Assembly (NCBI RefSeq): GCF_001194135.2
Contig: NC_068981.1
Location: 33,709,646 to 33,773,645, forward strand
Source: Octopus bimaculoides
Lineage: Eukaryota
Direction: 5' to 3'
Length of the DNA: 64,000 bases
The notes under the pieces are model-generated. The model searched no databases, was not told where the DNA came from, and saw only the letters and a program-made list of their open reading frames with translations. Shown piece by piece: positions 38,685-51,053 of the stretch. A program made the position numbers and the translations under genes. Each line of letters starts with the position of its first letter. Position 1 is the first letter of the stretch.

Positions 38685-39835
38685 CATCTATAAAATGATT
38701 TCAATGAAAGTAAGGAATTTTATTGGAAATATTTGTATTATTGGAAAGGCAGTAATGCTTGTAGAAAAAAAAATCAATAGTGTAACTGGACATTGACTAT
38801 AGAAATACTTGATTTGTTGTTGTAGCTGGCAGTCTTTTTGTTGTTGTTGTTATTTTTAGAGGATTGAAATAGGAACTTAATAATATTCATATTTTTTTTA
38901 AGACTTGGCTTGGAATGGTTACAGAGTTTGTTTCATGACAAAGTAGTTTTCAGTTCAATCTCACAGTGTGGCAATCTTGTGCAAGAGTCCTCTACTATAA
39001 TCTTTGGCTAACCAAAGCCTTGTGAGTGTAATTAATAGACAGAAACTATATGGAACCCTATCATATCAGCTTAATAACTGGTGTTGGTGTGTTTACATCC
39101 CCATAACTTACCGGTTCAGCAAAAGAGACCGATAGAATACATACCAGGTTTAAAAAGAAAAAGGACTAGGACTGATTCCTTTGACTAAAAATTCTTCAAG
39201 ATGGTGCCCCAGCATGGCTGCAGTCTAATGACTGAAACTAGTAAAAGATAAAAAATAAAAAAAATTATTATATGGTGCCAAGACAATGGTACACAAAACC
39301 ATACACACACATACATACACAAATAACAGCTTCTTTCACTTTCTGTTTATCAAACCCACTCACAAGACTGGTTAACCTAAGGTGTAACATGGTGGAACTG
39401 AACCCAAGCTCACATGGATGGGAAGCAAACTTCTTAACCACACAGCTATGTCTGCACCTTATATATATATAAATAGTTGTAACAGTGATTGTGTTGCAAC
39501 AGTGATTTGTAGATAAAAACATGCAGGTAAAATAAGGGGGATTATGAGGGACGGAAGAGAAAACAAACAAATAAATAATATATGATGTTATACAAGTAAA
39601 ACAAATTGTAGATAGGTGTAGGAATACGAAATGAAACAATGAAATCAAAGACTGTGTTCAATGAAAATGAATGTGCTAAGTAAAAGGAATAAAAGGGGAT
39701 CTAACACCTTGGGGTTATACTTTGTATTAAGGAGAAGTAAAACATAAGAGAATTGAAGAAAAAGAAATGGAAATGTTACCATTTTTACATCATCTGTTTA
39801 CATTACAGGTGTTATAAAATCAGTATTCATCACCA

Positions 39836-39925
39836 TGAAGGCGCATGGCTCAGTGGTTAGAGCGTCGAACTTATGATCGTGAGGTTGTGAGTTCGACGCT
39901 CTAACCACTGAGCCATGCACCTTCA
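39836..39925. repeat. 90-nt hairpin formed from a fold-back of a tRNA-like SINE head
   Basis: 39836-39871 vs 39890-39925: 35/36 complementary. Confidence 0.95.
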
Positions 39926-40562
39926 CATAGTGATAATACTATATAGCTATATAGTAATACTCTGCCTTACTATATAGGGATATTGCTCTTCCTGTTTACA
40001 GTGGTGAGGACTGTTTACAGCTTAGCAGACTGAGCTTTTGAGATTCTGAGAGATGTTTTACTCACGCAGCATACATTAGTGACTAGATATGACCAGCTGA
40101 TCAACTATGATTTTTAGATATTTAGTACAAGCAAGTAAGTTCATGTTAGTGGAGTTTATTATTCAGTTTCATCTAGTGTATGGAGGAAAGGTAGCTTTAA
40201 TAGCCAAGGCTTTAAACTAGTAATTCCAAGGGTTCAAGATTGAGAAAATGTCATAAACAGTACTGGATACATTCTTCTATCTGATCCACCAAAATTTAAT
40301 TGAAATATGTCTCTCTCTCTTCAAAAGTTAGAAGTATCTAATTTAGTTGTAGTAAAGCATGTCACTCTCATTGTAATTTAAGTTAGAACTATCACTCAAG
40401 CAATGCACTCACTTAATTGAATTATATGTGATACTCCCACTCCAGTAGCTCACCTTCCTCAGGTCAGTCATGTGTAACACTCCCAGGCAGAACTAAGCTA
40501 TAGGTTACCTCTAATTTTATTGACCTTAGGATGGACATCTATTAATTTGAAGATCTATTTAA

Positions 40563-40776
40563 CCCTTTAACATTAACATTACTCTTTCAAATGTAATGCT
40601 TGTTTAGTCACATTGTTTTGAAATTAATCATGCATTATCTTGTAGCTTTGAGATTTTGATGATGTGACTTTATTTTGAGAATGACTTTGTTGGGTAGGTA
40701 TGATGGGCTGGATCTGGCCTTGTTTGAACATAAAACATATTTTGGGCCAGATACGGCCAGTTTAAATGCTAAGGGG
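40563..40776. mobile_element. piggyBac-type MITE family B (214 bp)
   Basis: TTAA|CCCTTTAACATT...AATGCTAAGGGG|TTAA; related partial copies at about 20150-20310 and 60647-60840. Confidence 0.8.
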
Positions 40777-40794
40777 TTAATTAATGTATGTTCA

Positions 40795-41114
40795 TGGCAC
40801 GTGTAAAGACATTTGAGTGAGATCGTTGCCAGTGCCATTGGACTGGCTCCTGTGCAGGTGGCACGTAAAATACACCATTTTGAGCATGGCCGTCGCCAGT
40901 ACCGCCTGACAGGCCTTCGTGCCGGTGGCACATAAAAGCACCCACTACACTCTCTGAGTGGTTGGCGTTAGGAAGGGCATCCAGCTGTAGAAACTCTGCC
41001 AAATCAGATTGGAGCCTGGTGTAGCCATCTGGTTCACCAGTCCTCTGTCAAATCGTCCAACCCATGCTAGCATGGAAAGCGGTCGTTAAACAATGATGAT
41101 GATGATGACGATGA
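40795..41114 (+). mobile_element. SINE family B ((GAT)n tail), representative copy
   Basis: Shared 3' block AACCCATGCTAGCATGGAAAGCGGACGTTAAACGATGATG; other copies at about 15683(+), 36590(+), 43640(+), 44695(-), 46010(-), 55568(-), 56105(-), 58126(-), 60843(-), 63595(-); these explain the recurring LAEFLQLDALPNANH pseudo-ORFs. Confidence 0.9.
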
Positions 41115-41943
41115 GAATTAACGGATGTGAATGTTCTCTAAAATCATTTCTAGATAAGAAATAAATCATAATGAAATGTTGCTCTTTGGTCCCAAGTCAG
41201 TTTGGTCTTTGACTAAGCAGGTTTCTCATCAAAGGAATTCACCTTATCTCCATTCGGCATTTTTTTTTTCTCAGGAATAGTATACCCCAGATTACATTAT
41301 CCAGTGTTTTTTTTTTTTTCTTTTAAAACAGTATGATGTGACATGAGGAAGATTTTGCTGCTATTTATAGCAAGTTGAACAACTATATAGAAGCTCCCTA
41401 GAGAACCCCTTGAGACTCCCTCTTTGGGAGTTTCTTTGTTTTATCTGTTGGTATTAAAAATAATATTCCATCAGTCAGAAAGAAAAATACTGTAGGCAAA
41501 CTCTGGTTAACTAAATATTACCATGGAGACATTCTAATTCACACATGTTTGTACAAAGTTTAATTTTGTTCTTGTCTGTTAATTCTAGTTTTTGTGGTCG
41601 AGAAGTACATGTTTCCACAGATATAATAGCAGTCAGTCTAGTGCCAGTAACTTTTACTTAAGAAAGGTTTTATTCCAGGCACTACTGAAATCACTGAAAC
41701 AATCTTCAGTTTAACAGTGTTATCACTGCTTACGGTGGGGGCTGTTATGTCTGCACAGACATAAACTGGATCATTGAAACCTAAATATCTTGGTCACAGA
41801 TACAGCAAAGTATCGGTGATGAAATGATATGAGCTGTTGACTACATTCTTGGTTATTGCCATTTTCTACTCTCTATTTCTTAAAGAAATTCCTGTTTTAT
41901 ATCTATTGAAGATTATATATAATTTTTCTTCTTTTCATCTTAG

Positions 41944-42012
41944 GGTCCTGAACTCATGAAAAAAGCAGGTGGCCTTCATGAATTTATGAGCTGGGACAGG
42001 AATTTATTAACT
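41944..42012 (+). CDS. QTRT1: QTRT1 coding exon 2
   Basis: Pyrimidine tract plus TAG acceptor; [23 protein letters not shown]; donor ACT|GTAAGT; phase 0-0, 69 nt. Confidence 0.95.
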
Positions 42013-43124
42013 GTAAGTGATTTTTATTGGTATTGATTACATTTGTACTCTTCGTTAGTTTTACCAATTTAAGCTTTTAAATAAATGTGTTGTTGAGTAG
42101 ATGAGGTTGTAGTGATTGTGTCAAAATCTTGATATTTTAGGAAGAACATACTAAGATTGTTCTCTGTTGTTTATCCCAAGCTCATAAAAAGACTTGGATT
42201 CAGTTCTGCAAAGTAACAAAATACTTATAACGTACTGAAGGTATCAACTGGTATCAGGTCACTCTTCACTGCTACTGGTAACATGTAACCCAGTACAACC
42301 TGTCACATGGTCAAGTCATTGGCAACTAACATGGCCATAGTCCAAAAACTGAAACAAGTAAAAGATAAAAGAAGATGATAACATTGATTATGCTCCCACT
42401 ACTTATAGCTGCTTCTTTTGTTGTTGCTGGGAAAAGCTGGTCACTGTTGCTTGAAAAGGGTTAAGATTTTTTTTTTAAATGTAATTCTTTATGACTTAGA
42501 TGTAAAAAAAAAAATGCCTGCAGAGCTGGTAAGAAGAAGAAATTTATCCTTGCAACACAGTGGTCTCATAAAAGGCATCCAAAGACCATGTGATTGTGTT
42601 AAACCTGGTGCTGGGTTAAGTCTATAACTGACTGAAAGATGCATTTAATTGGTGTTTCCTGATGAGTCTTTCTAATTTTTACAGCCTCCATCTTATTTTA
42701 AGATTTTACTATGTGTGTTAGGTTTAGAGCAGGTACATTGTACCTACGTATTGTAAGAGCTAATTAAATGATTCGGCAATTGCCTCAGAAAAACTATCCA
42801 ATTCATACCAGATCTAGAATGATAATGTTATTTACCGTCTTAAGATTCAAGGGCTTAAATTGTGTGAATAGGGAGTTCATTGAGGGAAATCTGGCTAATG
42901 TATTGAACAGGTCAAATAACCACCGAGATGTTTTACTCCACTTCTGATGAAGTAAGTTGGACCATGATGGCATGATTACAGTACAGAACCAGTGACAAGA
43001 TGCCTGCCATTTACCTTTAAACTCCATTGTTGTTATAATGTGCATTTATTGTAAATTTAAATAACTTGAATAAAAATGGTATAACTTCTTTCTGACATTT
43101 ATCATATTGTTTACATCTGTTTAG

Positions 43125-43263
43125 GACAGTGGTGGCTTTCAGATGGTATCTCTACTAAAGTTAGCCAAAATTACTGAAGAAGGAGTAGAATTTCAATCAC
43201 CTCATGATGAAACTATGATGCTATTAACTCCAGAGAAATCAATTGAAATTCAGAATGCACTTG
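43125..43263 (+). CDS. QTRT1: QTRT1 coding exon 3 (catalytic DSGGFQ motif)
   Basis: [47 protein letters not shown]; TTAG acceptor, G|GTAAAA donor; 139 nt. Confidence 0.97.
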
Positions 43264-45364
43264 GTAAAAACAGTTTTATAAAAACTTTAGCTTTTACTAG
43301 CAATTCATTTACATTGTGGTTGTGTACTTTTAGAAGTGGCTCCTTTATTTTAGCTTTTGTATTATTCTTTTTTTTTTTCTATATTTTCACTCATATTTCA
43401 TAAATGACTAAGTACTGGCTTGGATGTGTGATTAAGAAGCTCACTTTGCAACCATGTGGTTTTAAGTTCAGTCCCACTGCATGGCATCTTGGGCAAGTGT
43501 CTCCGACTTTAGTTCTAAGCTAACCAATGCCTTGTGAGTAGATTTGGTAGACAGAAACCACATAGAAGCCTATTGTGTGTGTGTATACACACACACACAT
43601 ACACACACACACACATATATGCAAATTGTAGTTGTGGTCGATGCCAGTGCCACCTGACTGGCTCCTGTGCCAGTGGCACATAAAAAGCAACTAATACACT
43701 CTCGGAGTGGTTGGCGTTAGGAAAGGTATCCAGCTGTAGAAACCTTGCCAGATCAGATCAGAGCCTGGTGTAACCACCTGGTTCACCAGTCCTCAGTCAA
43801 ACCGTCCAACCCATGCCAGTATGGAAAATGGACGTTAAACGATGATGATGATATGTACATCTTGTATGTGTGTGTGTGTGTGTGTGTGATTGTATTTGTG
43901 TCTGTATTTGCCTCATCCTACCACCTGACAATTGATGTTGGTTAGGTTACATCCCAATATTCTAGCAGTTTTTGTCAGTAATAAGGTCAATTTATTCAAA
44001 TAAAATCCTCTAAATCAATGCCCTAACATGGTTACAGTCCACTGACTGAGACAACTAAAAGACAAAAAATATAAATATAAAAATATAAATATAACAAAAA
44101 TTTCAGCAAATTTGAGTAAGTGGAACAAATGATTTTTTACACATAGTCTCATTGCTTATAACATTACTAGTGGCTCAGAGTTATTTAGGTCAGTGATTTT
44201 CAATCTTTTTTTTTTTTTTCTCCCTTATGCTTCTAGCGAGATATTTTATTATAAATACTCACAACAATTCTGTGCTGAAGCAAGAACAAAATTTTGTCTA
44301 GGCATAAGTTTATACTATTAACACCAACATTGCTATTAAACCAAATGTACCACACCCTAAATTTTGATTTCTTTGTGGCTGCTATTTCATTTCACATATA
44401 TTATGTAAATATTAATTTTGTCACATACATTATTCTGTCTAGTTTTTCCTTCTCTATAATAAGTCAATGTTAAATGTTTAAACACATTTTTCTATGCATA
44501 GACATGGCTGTTTGGCTAAGAAGCTCATGTTGCATCCAGGTTTCAGGTTCAGTCCCACTACACAGCACTTTGGACAAATGTTTTTTTAGTTTAGCCCTGG
44601 ACCAACAAATGCTTTGTGAGTGAATTTTTGGTAGATGGAAACTGTGAGGAAGCTTGTCATACATGTATGTATATATATATATATATATATATCATCATTG
44701 TCGTTGTCATTTAATGTCCGCTTTCCATGCTGGCATGAGTTGGACGGTTTGATTGAGGACTGGCAAGCCAGGAGGCTGCACTAGGTTCCACTCTGATTTG
44801 GCAAGGTTTCTACAGCTGGATGCCCTTCCTAATTCCAACCACTCTGAGAGTGTAGTTCTCAGGGATATTTAGCACAACACACAATGTGACAAGGCTGGCC
44901 CTTTGAATTACAAGTACAACTCATTTTTGCCAACTGAGTGAACTGGAGTAACAAGAAATAAAGTGTCTTGCTCAAGGACACAATGCACTGCTGGGAATCG
45001 AACTCATGACCTTATTATAGTGAACTGAATACTCTTAACCACTGAGCCTTGACAGTTCTGTTTCTGTTTTTTTTTTGTTTTTTTTCTGTGCATAGCATAC
45101 CTGGAACTACACTAATCAGTGTATCCTCCCTTTTTTTTTTTTTTTTTTCAAGATGAAAAAGTACAATATGAGGGATGTTTAACTGTTGTTTCTGGCAGGG
45201 TTAGCAACTGTATAAAGACATCCTCATTGGGTCATGGAGAGCACTGTCACTGTAATATCAGCTTCAACAGCAAAAACTTTTAGGCCACTTAATCAGAAAA
45301 CTCAACATATTACCTGTTCATATCTCCTAAAACGATTGTTTCTTATTTGTGTTTATTCTTATAG

Positions 45365-45443
45365 GGGCTGACATTATAATGCAATTAGATGATGTTGTAT
45401 CCAGCTTGGTAAGTGGGCCAAGAGTAGAAGAAGCCATGCATAG
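45365..45443 (+). CDS. QTRT1: QTRT1 coding exon 4
   Basis: [27 protein letters not shown]; ATAG acceptor, AG|GTATAA donor; 79 nt keeps frame with exons 3 and 5. Confidence 0.95.
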
Positions 45444-47739
45444 GTATAATCTTTGTTATTCTAATTGTCTTTATTCCTTAATCCATTACCTCCCATAATT
45501 CTATTAACTGGAATTTTTTTTATGAAACTTTGATTTCTAGCATAAAACAGCCTTAGAAACATGCTGGAATGATCAAAATAACATTTCAAAATAACATTTT
45601 AAATAGAAATATGCGAGATATTGGGTGAAAAATTAGCAAACCTCATTTGAATATCAGAGAAATATACTTTGTAGATATAGCAAAAAGGTTAGATATGTGT
45701 AAATATTGACAGATAATTACAGAATTTGTAATTTTTAAGTGATCTCATATGAGATCACTGGTAGGTAATGGGTTAATCTAATCAGTCTATTTGTTACTGC
45801 TATGAGGCTAAGGTTTTGAGCTACAGACTTAGATGGTTAAGAGCTTAGTTAAAGTTAGATTACACTATTGTGTTATTGTTTAACCCCAGGTCAACTTAAG
45901 CTTGTACAGACTTAGGATCAAAGACATTCCTGCCATGACCATCTCATTTTTTTTTTCCTTGTGGAGATGTAGTTAGGGGTGTATCTAATGTGTGTCCTTA
46001 CCTTTTTAAGATCATCATTATCATCATCATCGTTTAACGTCCGCTTTCCATGCTAGCATGGGTTGGACGATTTGACTGAGGACTGGTGAAACCAGATGGC
46101 AACACCAGGCTCCAATCTAATTTGGCAGAGTTTCTACAGCTGGATGCCCTTCCTAACGCCAACCACTCAGAGAGTGTAGTGGGTGCTTTTACGTGTCACC
46201 CGCACGAAGGCCAGTCAGGTGGTACTGGCAATGGCCACGCTCAAAATGGTGTCTTATATGTGCCACCTGCACAAGAGCCAGTCCAGGGGCACTGGCAACG
46301 ATCTCACTTGGCTTGCCGGGTCTTCTCACCCACAGCACATTTCCAAAGGTCTTGGTCAGTAGTCATCGCCTCGGTGAGGCCCAATGTTTGGAATATAATC
46401 TGCAGGAGATTTGGTTGTTATTTCTAGCGGGTTGTTTGACCTCACAGAGGCTCTCTCTCTTTGGCTCATTGTATTTTATATTTAGGTAACACATGCAATT
46501 CTAAGTCCACCAAATAAGTAAGAGTGAAACCTGTTGTAAAGTACTTTTCTTAATCCACTGTTAAATGATCAACAGCGTTGAAAGAATTTCCAAAGAATCG
46601 TTCCAAAACTGTAAAAATGTTGAAATATAGAAAAGAAAACTCCTTTCATTTTTGCTGACAGAAATGGATACAACTTTATTTTGTTGCAATTCATATATAA
46701 AGTTTGAGTCAGTTTGTGTATTTGAACCAAAAAGTTTTGTAAAGGGACATATAGACATACAAATATTTCTTGCTTTCAACTTTTTGACTTATTCAATTAT
46801 TAATATATTGCAATGTATTAGAGGGCATGTTTATAGACTTTTAGCCAACACTATGTTATAATGAATGTAAAGAGTACATATCATCTCCATCATCATTATC
46901 AGTATTTAACATATGTTTTCCACACTACCAAGGGCTGGACAGTTTGACCGGAGCTGGTAAGGTCAGGGGCCACACCAGGCTCCATTGTCTGTTTTGGCAT
47001 GGTTTCTATGGCTGGATGAATGTACTAGGTGCTTTTTATTTGGCACCAGCATTAATATCAATTCAGCTGTGGTGGACAGGTCTTCCTAAGTACAGCAAGG
47101 CACCAGATATCTTGGTCCTTTGTCATCTTTTTTTGTAAGGCTTGGTGTCTTAAGATTGGCCTTCAGTACTTTGTCCTATGTCTTCTTGGGTTTCCCTCTT
47201 CTATAAGTTCCATCCACTTTAAGTGATCAGTCCTTCTGTATGCAACTGTCTACATCCATATGCATAACATGACCAAAGCAGCATGGTTTTCTCACCATCC
47301 GTTACATGCTGTAAAGTGGCTGGATTTAGAAAAGGCATCCAACTGAAGAACCATGCCCGAGCTGAGACTGGAGCACAATATACTTCTTGAGACCTTTGGA
47401 TTCTGTCAAAGAATTCAACCTTTCCTGTTGTTTCCAGTCTCCATGAAAAACATGTCTGGTCATAAGAAACTTTTACCTTGCTTGGAAACTGATGATGATT
47501 GGCAGCATGAAGGGTATCAGGCCATAGGAAATCTGCTTCAACAAATTCCATCTGACCCATGTAAGCATGGGAAAATATACATTAAAACTAAGGTGACTGG
47601 CCATAGAGAATTATGTATTCCTATTCAGAGTCTAAAATTACCTGCAGAAAGGATATAAAGCCTTATAACTTGGGAAATGATAGCCCAGTCATTTATTTCT
47701 TCTGTAAACTAATAATTTGATAATTTTTTTTCATTGCAG

Positions 47740-47855
47740 AACAGTTCGTTGGCTTGACCGGTGTCTCAAAGCTCACAGCCGACCACATGACCAAAATCTT
47801 TTTCCAATAGTTCAAGGTGGACTCAATGCCAATCTTCGACGTCAGTGTGCTGAAG
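47740..47855 (+). CDS. QTRT1: QTRT1 coding exon 5
   Basis: [38 protein letters not shown] (WLDRC and IVQGG TGT motifs); TGCAG acceptor, G|GTAGAG donor; 116 nt. Confidence 0.96.
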
Positions 47856-49359
47856 GTAGAGTGCATAATTTGTTTTCTGTTATTCTTTTACTGATTTTAG
47901 TTGTTGGAATCAGGCCATTCTTCAAAAGTATTGTCAATTGTGTCAAAAACAATATTTGATAATGCCACCAAGGATGATTGGGAAAGGTAAAGTCAACCTC
48001 AGTGAAATTTGAATTCAGAATGTAACCAAACAATACCACAATATATTTTGTCTGATGCTCTACTAATTCTACCATGTTTGCTGAGTTTGTTTCTTTGTTT
48101 ATATATAAAGTCTTTGTGTAATGTTTAGAGCAAGCATTACCATATTTCTCTTGAAATACTCTGCTTTATTTTAAAAATAATGAAGAATTTAGTAAAATAA
48201 AAGTGTCCTTATTAAGCTAGTATTTGGAACTAATATTCAGTTAATAATTAAAATATTTCTTTTTGACCAAAGTTGGTCATTTAGATATTGAGTCTTATCA
48301 TCATGATTGTTGTTAACCAATAAAAATGTCTTAGCTTACTGCATCGAATATGTCAGTGCTCACTTTTACTATAGTTTAAATTAGTTAACATTTGTTTTTA
48401 AATATTGCATTGTTAGTTACTGGTTACCAGTTGGCCAATCTGTATTTCTGTGAGAAAGAATCACAAGGGAGTGTCTGTAACTAGTTTTAGAACAAATATG
48501 TCAAAGGATTCCATTCAAAAAGCATCAGTTTGTCAGTTTTCCAACCAATGTTTGTGTCCTTTCACAATATACATCAACAAAAGATCCCTCGCTCTTTTTC
48601 TCCTGCTCTCTCATGTGGGCTTCCACATAGTTCCTGTGTACCAAATTCTACTCAAAAATTATTGATCAGTCATCTAACATGATGGTGCGAGACACTTGCT
48701 CAGGGTGCTATGTAGTGGGACTGAACCTAAAGCACATGGTTGTAAAGAAAACTTCTTAACCCCACAGCTCTATCTGCACCCGTATTTACTGCTAGAAACA
48801 TTAAAAAGCAAAACAGCAATAATTATGCAGTGAGGGGAAACTATCATATGAGTGTGGTTAAAGAGCTTGCTTTGCAACCACATGCTTTTGGGTTCAGTTT
48901 CACTGCAGGACACCTTGAGCAAGTGTCTTCTACTATAACCCTGAGCCAACAAAAGCCTTGTGAATAGACTGGGTAGATCTGAGGACATGCATAGGCTTGA
49001 AAGAAATGAAGCTAGCATGCTTCGCTGGATGTGCAGTGTCAGTGTACATGTACAACAGAGTAAGTTTTCTTGAGAGAAAAGTTGGGCATAAGAAGCATCA
49101 GATGTGCTGTGCAAGAGAGACGACAATGCTGGTATGGTCATGTGATGCATATAGACAAGGACAGCTCTGTAAAGAAGTGCTGATCTCTAACTGCAGAGGG
49201 AAACTGTGGAACAGGTAGACCCAGGAAGACATGGGGCAAGGTGGTGAAGCATGATCATTGAATGTTGGGCCTCATGGAAGCAATGATTAGTGACCAAGAC
49301 CTTTGGTGATATGCCGTGCTTGAGAAGACCTGTCAAGCAAAGTGAAATCGTAGTTGTCA

Positions 49360-49659
49360 AGCCTTCATCAGGTGTCGTGGGGAAATTTCGAACTTGGCAT
49401 AGTGGTTAAGAGTGCGAGCTACTAACCTCAAGATTCTGAGTTCAATTCCAAGCAGTGACCTGAATAATACTAATAATAATAATAATAATATCAAAAAATA
49501 CCTTAGGAATGAGAACCCAGGTTTGAAATTTCCTCAAGACACCTGATGAAGGCTGGAGGGTATATCAGCCGAAACGTGTTAGCAACAAACAAGATGAGGA
49601 CAAATATCTGTCAAATATAAATAATGTAAGTAATTCCTCATCTCTTAAATATAGAACTG
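49360..49659 (+). mobile_element. tRNA-headed non-autonomous retroelement with Penelope-type hammerhead motif and inverted 5' duplication
   Basis: A-box TGGCATAGTGG 49395-49405, B-box-like GAGTTCAATTCC 49438-49449; CTGATGA-A-GGCTG/loop/CAGCC-GAAAC at 49543-49575; 49360-49397 is a 34/38 inverted copy of 49517-49554. Confidence 0.7.
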
Positions 49660-49712
49660 TAAAACCAATGGATATTTAGCTTTTTTATTGAATAACTTTT
49701 CAATATTTTTAG

Positions 49713-49851
49713 AATTGATAAAAAGGGATGTTCCTGGCTTTGCCATTGGGGGATTAAGTGGAGGAGAAGAAAAACATGCTTTCTGGAAGATGGTTACCTT
49801 ATCCACAGATGTTTTACCAAAGGGAAAACCAAGGTACCTTATGGGTGTTGG
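49713..49851 (+). CDS. QTRT1: QTRT1 coding exon 6
   Basis: [47 protein letters not shown] ([18 protein letters not shown]); donor GG|GTAAGT; 139 nt. Confidence 0.97.
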
Positions 49852-50129
49852 GTAAGTTCCTTTTAGATTATTCATTTATTGTTGTTTTTGTTTGTGACTG
49901 TTCCTGGTTGTATAAAACAAACTTCCTGTTTAAACTGATCTAACTGTGATATCACATACATAATTTCTTAAAACATTTGCTTCCTTTTTGTGGTCACAAA
50001 ATACTTCAGTTCTCCTCTGTGTTGAATCCTCTAGGATTCCCTTCCCAACCATGCTTTTTCTACAAATGTCAGTTCTTAAAAAAATTCAGTTGACAATCAA
50101 CTGCATTGATCTCACCAGTCTGGAATGTG

Positions 50130-50332
50130 CAGGGGTTGGACAAAACAGTGGAAACACCTAGCATCATAGTATCATAATTTTGAAATATATATATAAAACC
50201 GTCAAAAAACTTTGTACGAGTCCATACCTCATAGAAGTCAAGCTATAATTACAGCCAAAGATGGTTCTGCTCCATATTAAAATAAATTTGATTGAAATTT
50301 GAAGGTGTTTCCATTATTTTGTCCAACCTCTG
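50130..50332. mobile_element. Tc1/mariner-type MITE
   Basis: 30-bp TIRs CAG(G/A)GGTTGGACAAAA(C/T)A(G/A)TGGAAACACCT, TA on the right flank. Confidence 0.8.
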
Positions 50333-50402
50333 TATTTGTAACCATGGATACTATGACTATTTAATAAAAAGAATAATCTATATATGTCCTGTTATTGTTT
50401 AA

Positions 50403-50872
50403 CCCTTTTGTTACTTTATTTCTGTAGCAATATACTGGCATCATTTCAAATATTTTTTAGAATAAAGAAGAATTCAGTAAAATAATTTGCCATTATAAAC
50501 TGGTTCTTTGGAATGTAAGTCAACATGAAGTTTGATGGAGAGTTTTGATTTAGGTTTTTTAACCCTTTAGCATTTAAACTGGCCAAATCTGACCAAAATA
50601 TTTTACCTGTTTTATCTTTACGCTATTGATATTTGGCCTCTAACAACTGCCCTATGATGTCATTCTAAAAATATACTATCACATCATTGAAATCTGACAG
50701 CTACAAGATATGCATGATTATGCCAACATAGAAGGCAGATGTTAAACGATGGTAATGAATGTGAATAAATAAACATTAAATTTGACTGAGTAATCTGAAC
50801 GCCAAAGGATCAAAACAAGAAGCTTGTATTATAGAACTAGGAGCAGTTTCAGGCAGATTGATATCAAAAGGA
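50403..50872. mobile_element. Family A piggyBac-type MITE with a nested family B MITE (about 50563-50810)
   Basis: A-type ends at TTAA 50399 and TTAA 50873; B-type start TTAA|CCCTTTAGCATT at 50559. Confidence 0.75.
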
Positions 50873-50977
50873 TTAAACCATTATTTTTCTTGAAAGTAAA
50901 ATAAAATAAAAAAAACCTTTACAATATATGTATTATTGGTATTAAATCCATAATTGTAAGTTGTATCTTTTCTTTAG

Positions 50978-51053
50978 ATTTCCTGAAGATTTAGTGGTGT
51001 GTGCTGCTCTTGGATGTGACATGTTTGATTGTGTTTTCCCAACACGGACAGCA
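50978..51053 (+). CDS. QTRT1: QTRT1 coding exon 7 (second catalytic Asp, [10 protein letters not shown])
   Basis: [25 protein letters not shown]; TTTAG acceptor, GCA|GTAAGT donor; 76 nt. Confidence 0.97.

Noticed and set aside
39841-39897. Possible tRNA gene (and similar heads at 10111, 35203, 49395)
   Set aside because: A-box present but no complete T-arm or acceptor stem; these are SINE heads
41600-41860. Possible intronic snoRNA (GTGATGA, small palindrome TATGTCTG/CAGACATA); similar ideas at 55060-55170 and 57780-57880
   Set aside because: No properly placed D box with terminal stem and no convincing H/ACA double hairpin; needs snoscan/Infernal
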